Of a DNA stretch of 64,000 nt, positions 47,529 through 57,800 are shown piece after piece. Position 1 is the first letter of the stretch. Every line of letters starts with the position of its first letter. The translations under genes and the position numbers were made by a program. The DNA comes from a virus. Location: positions 32,001 to 96,000 of IMG/VR virus record IMGVR_UViG_3300035670_000034; one strand, given 5' to 3'. Below the pieces are notes generated by a model. That model was not told the origin of the DNA and did not search any database. It saw only the letters and a list, made by a program, of their open reading frames with translations.

Positions 47529-48795
47529 GTCCCGCACACTTTTGGTCTATGGGGTTGGCAAACGCCTGTTCGCTTACGGCAACGACGAACACTCGTTCGC
47601 ACCCTCCAAATAGCGTCCCGATGAGCGCAAGAGCAACGCTGAACAACACCACGCCCAACCATAGCACAGGTCAAATACACGTCCCGTTTGCCGAAGTGGT
47701 GCGCCACAAACCTGAGTGTGTCGCAGAAATAGTCGCACTCAACGCCATACACGCCCCGTTTGCCATATCAGTCGTGTATCGCAGTCGCAACACGCCGTTT
47801 CACTACGCCCCGTTAGGCGCATAGCATTGTGTGTTGTTACGCATACGCATACGAAGTTGCCCATCACCTAGCCCCGTAGCGCATAGCGTTTCGCATAGCG
47901 CAGCGCAGTCGCATACGCATACGCCCCGTATTCATTAGTCTTTTCGTGTGTGTCGCATACGCATTTCGTATCGCTTGTCGCATCTAGCCCCGTGAGCCAT
48001 AGCCATAGCAACACGCAGGCACACATACACGTCCCGTATGCGCCGTGCGCTGGTGTGTGTGAGCATACGCATAGCCAACCCATAGCCACTATGCCCCGTA
48101 TGTCGCATACGCATTCAGATACACACGCCCCGTTGAGTTTTTCGCAGGCTTCACGGGTGACCTACGGGCATACCCTACCTATGACAACACCACACACCAC
48201 CACGCATCTAGTCCCGTAGGTAGTGATAGGTATTTGTAATCAGTAGTCACGCACCATAGCAAGCCCATACCCCTACCCCTATGTGTGTCGCATCTAGCCC
48301 CGTAAGCACTACACCATAGGGATACCCCCACACCACGCCTACCGTGTGTGGCTTCATCTAGCCCCGTGACGCATACAACCTTTCGTAAAGGACTTGATAC
48401 TTAGCCGCCCCGTGTTTTCGCAAGGCTCACGGGTGGCTTACGGGTGCTTACACCTACCTACACCACTGCCTACACCACACACGCATCTAGCCCCGTAGGC
48501 ACTTGACTACACGCCACCTGCCCATAACCACATTTGGTCGTTGCTGAACATAGGCCCCGTAGTCGCCTATCGCAGTCAAGCGATACGACATCTCGCTTAT
48601 GAGAGTGCTTCACTATGCCCCGTATGGCGTGTGAGAGACTGAACACGGCGCAAGAGCCGTGTGTCTACTTGCGCCCCGCACAACATAGTCGCAGAACAGC
48701 ACTTGTAGACAAACGATAATCAGCCCCGTACAAAACACGGATTTTGAGGGTTTTTTCAGCGTTTTTAGTGCTGTACTCAGCGCACTCAGCCCCGT
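47529..48795 (+). repeat. Non-coding polarised array of 21 G(C/T)CCCG(T) repeats
   Basis: Copies at 47529, 47615, 47681, 47753, 47807, 47871, 47923, 47987, 48031, 48093, 48127, 48211, 48297, 48361, 48407, 48490, 48554, 48617, 48673, 48723 and 48789, all on +. Extended CATCTAGYCCCGT x5. No credible ORF. Confidence 0.85.
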
Positions 48796-48835
48796 GCCAT
48801 AATAAAAGAACCCGATTACACCAAAAAGGACTTGT

Positions 48836-51800
48836 GTGACGCAACTTGGCCCCGAAAACAAAGACATTTACGAAGTTGATGTAAAAGACGGCAACCGTCT
48901 AGGTCGTCGCTTGTCTCGGGGCTTGAGGTCACTATCCAGAAGTGTCGGAAACACGGCAAGGTCGGGACTCGTTGTGGAACCATTTGACCCAAACGCATAC
49001 GACGGTGATGGTGACGGCATAATCCAAGACGGAACACAGTGGGAACGCCCCGCAGTGCTAAGAAGTCAGTCAATACCAAACGCAGACTTGCCCAAAACAC
49101 CTGATGCCGGGACTGAAACAGAAACAGAAAAGACACAAAAAGAGACAAGAAAACTCGTTGACGCAGCAGAGCGAGCCGGGACTCGGATTTCGCCAGAACG
49201 CTCACGGGTGACTACGGGTGGACTACGCAGTACGACAGTAACGCCGTTGCTTGACCCAGAGTGGCGAAGAACAGCAACGCCCCGAGAACTCGCTGAAATA
49301 ATCGTGCCAGACACGCTTGATGAAGCAGACGCACTAGCAGAACAGTTGGCAGTGCCCCGAAGTGCTTATGAAACCGAAGCAGACTACCAAAACGCACTAA
49401 AACTACTCAGAAGAACTCGGGACGCAGAAAGAGCCGCATCCAAGCGTCGTATGGAAGCACTTATCGCGATTTACGAAAAAAGACACCCCAAAACAACCAA
49501 AACAGGCTCGTTTGAGCGGGACCTAAGAGATGACCCTATTGAGTGGGACAAAAACCTCAAAAAAATCTTTGGCGACCAAAATGAGTGGGGCGAACAACTC
49601 GGGGCAACAAACAAACGGAGCGTTGAGCGGGCTCAAATAGAGTTTTTGGTCGCTTACAGAACAGAACTGGAACGGGACCCAGTAACAAACAAAACACTAT
49701 TGGACATAATAAATGAAATAGAAAACGCCTATCGAAACGGAGTGAGGCTCACGCACGGGGCTTTTTGGAGAGACAGTACTCACATACCAATCAGTCCCGT
49801 TGAGTATGTGCTTGCTCGTTTGTTTATGGAACACTCAAACCACCCACAAGACCCGTTGTTCATAACCGGCATTCGGGACGTAGTAACGCCGTCGGGCGAC
49901 ACCGACGCAGTTATCAGATGGGCGACTGAGTTCCTTGATGGATACCAAAGGTTCTACGAAGCACGAAAGGGGTCCCGTGCTCTTTCCAAGCAACAAATAA
50001 AGAACAGAATAGAAGTAGCAATGAACTCTGGGTCAAGAGGAGGCTTTTTCGGGACCCTTTTTGGTAGGGCTATTCCAAACGAACAATACATACAAACACA
50101 CCAAATGGTGGAAAGCAACGACCCTCGGGACCTTGCGCTACTACGGGCACTGTTACAAAGAACGCTAGAACAAAACCCTGAGTTTTTGGAAGCAGTAAGG
50201 AAGTTTGGACACCCGCCTCTCTATGTCCCGCACCGCGCTTACCATTTCATTGCCCCGCCAAGAGAGTTCCAAGAAAAGTTTTTGCTTGTTCCAGAAAGCG
50301 AACTAACGCCATCTGAACTGCGGGACAAACTTATTTCAGGAAAAGAATACGAAAAAGGTTTGCTTGAAGCAATCCGCGCCCAAGAACTCGGAAAAGGAGA
50401 TGTCACGTTCGGGGCAGGTGGACTACTTGGTGTACGGGCGGGACTTGGTGGACAGTATTCATTTCCTGATGGGCAAATAACACTTACCCCAATGCAACTG
50501 AGAAACACAATACTCAACCGCCCCGAGGCTGATGAAAACATAATCAACATGACCGGGACACAAGGCGCATACACGCTTGTTGGAGAACCAGCAATTCTCA
50601 TACACGAATTTGGCCATCACGTTGATTGGACTTTGCGCAACACCTTGTACGGGGCCTTGTGGGAGAGACGCAAGAGGGCTATTCGTGACTTTGCCAACGA
50701 CCCAAATAGAAATACAAGCCCCGACGTGTTCAAAGATTTTGTTCGTCAGCAGATAGTAGATTTTCGTGACGAACTAAAAGGCTTCACGGGCTTGGTAGAC
50801 CCCGATAACCCAAGCAAGTTGTCCGGGGCATCAGATAGACAAAACATTCATAGAAGTCGCTTGAAGTACTTAGGAGTGAACGTCCCCAGACAAGGCCCCG
50901 ACGAAGTTCCTGTTGGTAGTCGTCTGTTTGACCCATCAACGCTAACCGACGAAGAACTAGATGACCAAATAAGGGAAATAGCGGGGCAACTAGATGAAAT
51001 TCACGGAATGGTCGACATGCTGACTGGTCGCCAGCAAATACGACGAATGAAAGAAAACGGCACGTGGCAACGTGGCATCCACCCATCAGAAGGAGACGTA
51101 GGCGATTACGCCATAAACAGCCCCGAACCTTATGTAACTACGCCATACGGAAATAGCAGTGCGATTGAGCGTTTTGCTGAAATAACAGCGTTTGTTTTGT
51201 CCCGCAACGGACAAAAACAGCCTGTTGCGGTGAATAACGCCGCCGTGCGTCTATGGGCTCGGATACTTGGCATAGATGTAGAACCACAAGATGTTGTTTC
51301 TCAGTCCCGTCGCAAAAGACTTCCTTCGGGTGGCTACTCAGACGAAATGGAAGACATAACAAACCGCATACTCTCAGACATAAAGATTGTTGCGCCAGAT
51401 GTTCAGAGGCAGCCAGACGGTCACCGCCCCGGTTTGCAATCATCAACGTCATCATCAGATTTTCGTTTTGACCCAGATGAACGAAGCATGTTGCAGTCCC
51501 GTAGCAACATAGGCTTGGACACAGACCAACGCCTGTACGCACAAGATGAGCCGATAGGCGTTATGGATTTCATGAATAGGCCCCGTGTCTACTCAATAGG
51601 CGACCATCATTTCTACGATAACGAAGTTCGCTATGGCTCGCAGATGAGTTTTGCGATGAGAAAGCGACTTGGAGAACAAGCGGGACGCAGATACATCAAC
51701 AGAAACAGACCCCATCACGGAGATATGGTGCGGGCGATTTCAGCAACGCAGTTTGGACTGTTTATTGACGACCTTCCAACTTACGACACAACTACATCGG

Positions 51801-54800
51801 GGCAAATGAACGTTCTTCGTGGACTTGTTACGGGCAGAATAGCCAAACTACGCCCCGAAGAACGCTCACAAATAGAAGAAGCACTTAGAGACGCAACGAG
51901 AATACACTCGGCTATTTACGGCGCAACTCCGAACAAACGGGACACATACAGAGCGATAAAGACTGATAGAAAAACATTTTTGGAAAGCGTTGCCGTTGGC
52001 GACGAAATACCTATGCCGATTACGGCCTTCAGCCCCGATAAGCCCGACAACAACGAGAATGTGATTATCCGACTAGAAAAAGGCGCAAAAACCATAGATG
52101 TCGGCAACAGGCAAGTTCTTACTCAGGGCAATTTTGAGGTCGTTTCGGTTGATGACGACGGGACCCGTGTCATTGCCACGTTGCGCCATAAGGAAACATT
52201 TGACCCACGCCACGACGCACTTAGACCCGTGGACAAGTTTTCGGATAAGCCGAACGCAATGCGCAAGATGGGCAGTCCAATGCCCCGATACACCAGAGAC
52301 GAACAACAAAAGATGGAAGTTGATTTGGAGCGCAGACAGGACAAAGACAAAGTGTTTGGCTTGCGCTCAACAACGGGTATGGTCCCGGAGGATTTGAGCG
52401 AAAAAGAGATTGACGATTTCCTTGATGAAGAAGTGAACCTGTTTGAGGAAAAGCGGGTCCCGAAAGAAGTAGTTGATAAAGCGAAAAAGAATTTGCGTGA
52501 TTACTTGCAGAGAAGTGCTATTCGTCGTTTTGTCAAGACAAAGCAAGCCCTTATCCAAAAGTACGGGGCCGATAAGCCGTGGGAAAGAGACGCAGACGCA
52601 ATACGCAAATGGAGAGCAATCGACAGGGAAACCGCCGCACGGGTAAGCACAGTCCTGAGACGCAGCCTAAGAAACGCAATTGACAATAGAACTCGGGACA
52701 TGATGGATGCCGACACGGGCGAATTGTTTGACGACGCAAAGGTTGGCTTGTCCAGAGTACTGGACAGGTTCAACTATTACATAAACGACTACGAAGGTAT
52801 TGACTTGTCAGCGGGGCAGATTAGGCATCTTCTCGAAACTGGTCAGTTCGTTTACTGGAGACGGGACGACGAACTGTTCCCAACTGAGAAAATGGTAATC
52901 AATTTGCCAATCAACTCACCAGAAATGGCAGAACTCAAACAGGTTTTGGAGACGACACTTCCAGCATTGGAGGCGATGTCTCGGGCTTACTTGCTCGATG
53001 GTTCGGTCGACGTCCCGAATGCCAACAGAAGCATTTGGGAAGACCCAAAGATTGGCGGAAAGATAATCCTCAACAACGAGGAGTTGAACATAGTCCCGAA
53101 CGGTAAGGGCGTTTATGCAATATTCCAGCCAGATGGTTCTGAAAGCATAAGCCTTGTTGCGAACGCATCTTTTGGAGTTGGCAGCCAACGACCCAATGGA
53201 ACAACTGGTTTTACTCGCAAAATAGGGCTAGACCGGGACGGGAATATTGTCATTGGTCATGACCGTTTCTGGATGGGCAGCAAGGACAGAGAACGCAAAG
53301 GTTCTGGTGTGGCGACGCTATTCAACCAGCATTCGTTTTTGTGGTGGAAGCAGCATGAGGGCACTGAGGTTGTGGTCCCGAATGCCGTGAGTGACGGCGT
53401 GATTGTGTGGCCACGTCAAGGTTTCCGTCGGATTGGTCAAGCACGACGGGACGCATTGGAAGAACAAGAAGGATTTTTCCATATGGTCAGGGCTTTGGTG
53501 CTGAAATCAAAACGACAAGAACTGTTTGACGCAAACCGTCCCGAACGCGGGGGAACGGCAGAATACGAAGCGGCGCAGTTGGTGAAATACGTTGATGATG
53601 TTGATAGTAAATACGGACTTGATAATCCAGAGTTTGCAAAACGCCTAGTGAACTGGCTTGCGCTTGCTCGCACAGCAAATGATAATCAAAGCCCCGAAAC
53701 AGACCTCATCAACATATTGGCAAACATTATTGAGCCAAGAGAATTGAACGACAGCCAACGCCTGAGTTGGGCTGAACTGTTTGGACAAGTAGCGAAAAGC
53801 AATAGTTTCAGCATGTTTTTGAATCGGGACGAAAGCGACAATGACTACCTACCATCATTCGTCATCCCAGACCCGACTGACGACCTAGACCCGATGGAAG
53901 TACAACGCCAAATAGAGCGTGGCAGATTGTTGCGCCAAGAGTTGGAGAACTCACAGGCCCCGAGCGAAGTATCAAGAGATATTTACTTCCCAGAAGATGA
54001 CAAGGAAATTTCTAGCAACCGACTGCTTGGGGAAAGACAAGCGGGACGCCTATTTGCAGCCGTGAACATAGACGAAGCGACCAGTTCGGATACACGAACT
54101 TTTTCCTCAGCACGGGCATTCATGTATGCGAGAGAGGGTTCTGGCTTCAACGTCCCGCCAAGACTTCTCACACGGGTGGAAACAGAGGAACGAATTAGCA
54201 GGGGTGAAATACCCCTCTATGGTTGGATTGACCTCAATCGTGTCGGCATTTACACGAGCGACAGAAACAACATGCAAGAACTTTACGAGCAACGAGTTCG
54301 CAACAATATGGTCGGACTGGCGGGGCCGAGTGAAGTCATGCGTTTCACCGATAAGCCATTTGACCACATTGACGATTTCCACGACACGAACAATCCAGTT
54401 ACAGACCCAGCAGCAGTTCGCAGTGGAATGCTTGGCTACCTAGCCCCGTGGGCTCGTGTTTACAAAGGTAAGCGAAATGCTTTGCCAGAAATGTTTTGGG
54501 GCAACAGCACGGAGATTTCAATCGCAAGAGACATGCGGGACAGGGGCGATTTTGATGGTTTGATGGCTTTGCTTGTCAATAAGTTTGGCGAGGAGGTAGA
54601 TAACTCGGTGATGGGCACGGACGTTGCGTTAGTAGAAACCCTAGATGGATTTTTGCCAAATGGAAACTCCGAAACAGCACAGACGGGACGCCGAGTGTTG
54701 GGGGCATTGTTCCAAATTGAAAATAATCGAAGAATGGCCGAAGCAGGTATCTCAACGGCAATTAGGCAAGATAAGATACAAGGACTTAGAGATGGCTTGC

Positions 54801-57800
54801 TTGCCATCATGGCAACAGAGTTTGACCAATCATTGCTGGTTTTGATGGGATATGACGCAATACAGCACAAAGACGGGGAGTTCACAATCCTCAACAACAT
54901 GGCTGTCGAACTAATGGATGAGCCAGTTTCGTTCGCCCAAGCAGCGAGGATGATTGACGACCCGAGATTCAGAGCCATACCGTCCGATAGGTCCCGTTAC
55001 TCAACGTTCATTGAAACAAGACTTGTGGATAACCCTGACTGGTTTAGTGGCGACGACCCACGCCTGCTTGCCGACGAACCCATTTCTCTTACAAAAGCGG
55101 GTTTGAACAGTTCGACATACATAAGGTCTGTGCGTCAAGACCACAACATCAACCTAGAACGGGGACTACGCAGTAGAACACGGGGCTCGATTGCAAGCGC
55201 AAGAGAAAGACAGCGCCGAGAATCAGCAAGAGAAGGTAAGTCAGATGGGTGGGTAAATCCTGACGACGCATCATTCAAACAAGAAGTTGTAGAACTCGAG
55301 GGTCGCTTCAACGCGTTGGTTGCCCAACTTGAGGAGTGGGACGATAGGAACCTTGAACTCGACCGCCCCGATTGGGCCGGCCGCGAAGAAATCAAGAAGC
55401 AAATGGATGAAATCTCGGACCAGTTTGCGTCACTCATCAACACATCTAACATCGTCATTGAGAAATCCATGGAACACCAGGCGCTCATTGACGCCCTTGA
55501 CGCCATAATCAACGAGCGGGACGCCGACTACCTAGACGGGCGACCAAAGGTGAAAGATATTTCGCCAGAAATGCTTGACAAGATAAGGGCGTTGCGGGAT
55601 AAACTGGTACAAGAGAAGCAAGATAATCCAGGCTTGCTTGACTTCACACGGGCACGTGTCAGACACAAGACAATCAAGAACGCAATGGAAAACTTCGACC
55701 TTCAGTACGAGGTTCGTTGGTTCAATAATGAACCTGACACAGTTGAACTTGAAGACGTAGTCAAAGCGGATGTTTCCGACAAGGCCGAGGCTTTCGTAGA
55801 ACACATTTATCGTGGTCTGTTCGACGAAAGATACGACGCTTGGAGGGAGTACATGAAGCCGACGATGGCATTCGGCGTACCCCTTTACGACTCGACTTGG
55901 GAGTTGGGCCACAAGAGAGTTGGCGAACTGTTTGACGGGGTGAGCCCTGATGAACGGGACGCTTGGAGGGCGGCGCACAAGGACTTCCTCGATAGTGAAT
56001 ACAACGCAGAATACGAAGAGGACATCATCGACTCAACACCAGTCGGTGGTTCGACCAGACCACGTGACGTCCCCGCCCCGATTTGGCGTAAAGTCAGGGC
56101 TGCCATGTCACGGGCACGCTCAACTCCATACAACGGCGAGAAAGAGGCTGCCACAAACGCAGCGATACGACTCCTCAATCCACACCGACCAGATTTGGCT
56201 AACGAAGACTTTGTTTCGGGCATTAGGTCGCACACTATTGTCAGCACACCTCGGTCGGTAGTGAACTTCTCTTCCAAGCAAATGCGGGGCGCCAGCCCAA
56301 CCTCTCCAACAACCGCAATTGAGAACCACGCATTCTCACGCATCATTGATGAGGTGAGGAGCCAAGGCATAGAAATAGAAGAAGCAGACCTATTGCCCAC
56401 TGGTAAGTACGGAAGCAAGTTGCGCCAGATTATGGACGACAACCAATCCACACAGTCGGTTAATTGGTTGATTAGACAAACAGAAGACGACCCAGTTCTT
56501 TCTGCCGTCGTAAATGCGGCGATAAAGCAGGCTCGACTCACAATGGGCATAACCCCAATCGAGGGTCACAGAATCAAAAAGGTGAACGGCCCCGTTGATG
56601 AGGAGATTGCTGATGTTCTCGTAGACGACATCGACTTGGCTTTGTTGCGTAATCAGGGTGCGCCAACCTATGACCAAATTATCCAAATAGCAGCAGCAAA
56701 ATACATAGAACACGATAGACTGAACAAAGCATTCGGTTCTTACCAAGACCCAGAAGGCAAACTCATCGGCGCTGGCTTTACCCGCATCGACAAAAACAGC
56801 ACTGCCTACCTGACGACGATGACCAGCGCCCCAGACGTTGATGGGAAAGACTACGTCTATAGGGACATTCGGGGCAACGAGGTTGCCCGCTTAAAGCGTT
56901 ATGACAGCGTGAAGTCAGATAACGTTGCAAGTCGCAAACCAAAAACCTTGAGTAATTTCGCCACGCAACACTCACTCATCAAGACCAATGACGCCATTTT
57001 CGGGGTAATGGCGGAGGCGGTTGAGTTTACGGGTGACTACGAAAATGCAAGTTTGAAGAAACTAAGGGCGACTATAGAAGAACTACAAAGCATTTACAGG
57101 AACTTTGAGTTTGCCCCGACTCCAGCGGGCCAACACCTGAAAAAACTATTTGAAGCGAACCTTGAAAGCGAAGTAAAAACTTTAGAACTTCTGGAAAGAA
57201 TTGGGCAGCGATATGTACACCTGTTGCGTGAGCGGGGCATTTCGGACAAAGAAATAAGAGAGATGCTCTCAACCGTCAGGAAACAAACACTCAAGACAGC
57301 CGTTGACCCCGTGGGGAGGGAGGACCTATTCCTGAATGGCAGCCCGATTCCAATCGGCAGTTCCAATGACGGAACAGTCGCAGAGCAGGCACTTTATGGC
57401 TTTTTGAACAGCAAACTCGGTAGTGCCATGCTGCCCCGTTTCGCCGACTCAGACGCACCTGCTGGTTTTCACGAGATTGGTCACTTTTCTTTTGGCCAAG
57501 CCTTCTCACGTCACGGTGAGTTCGTCGCCAATGCTTGGCCATTCTTTGTGCATGGCGACGCATTCTGGAGGTCGTTTGTCGCCTTACAGCGCAATCAGGC
57601 ACCCACCTTTGACAAGTGGACAATATCTGAGCATCTTGGGAAAGCCCTGAGCCCCGAACAGAAAGCAGCCTTCAAGGATGCCTCAAGGCTCATAGGCAAA
57701 ACACTTAGCCGAGACTTCGTCGCTGCATTTGAGAGAGAAAGATACATATCTCTTGGCGATTCAGAACGACAAATAATAGCCTCGGATGTCATTGCGGCAG

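Noticed and set aside
47460-47530. Chimeric assembly junction explaining the compositional switch
   Set aside because: The linker motif, DxDGDG tag and GATC/AGCT avoidance are shared on both sides. It cannot be fully excluded without reads.
47529-48795. CRISPR array or mini-array
   Set aside because: The repeat core is only 6-13 bp, spacers are 34-86 bp, self-similar and low-complexity, and no cas genes are visible.
47450-48867. Short ORFs in the repeat region (47450-47824, 47868-48089, 47950-48219, 48613-48867)
   Set aside because: His/Thr/Cys/Val-rich translations are what alternating CA/TG repeats produce; there are no RBS or homology cues.
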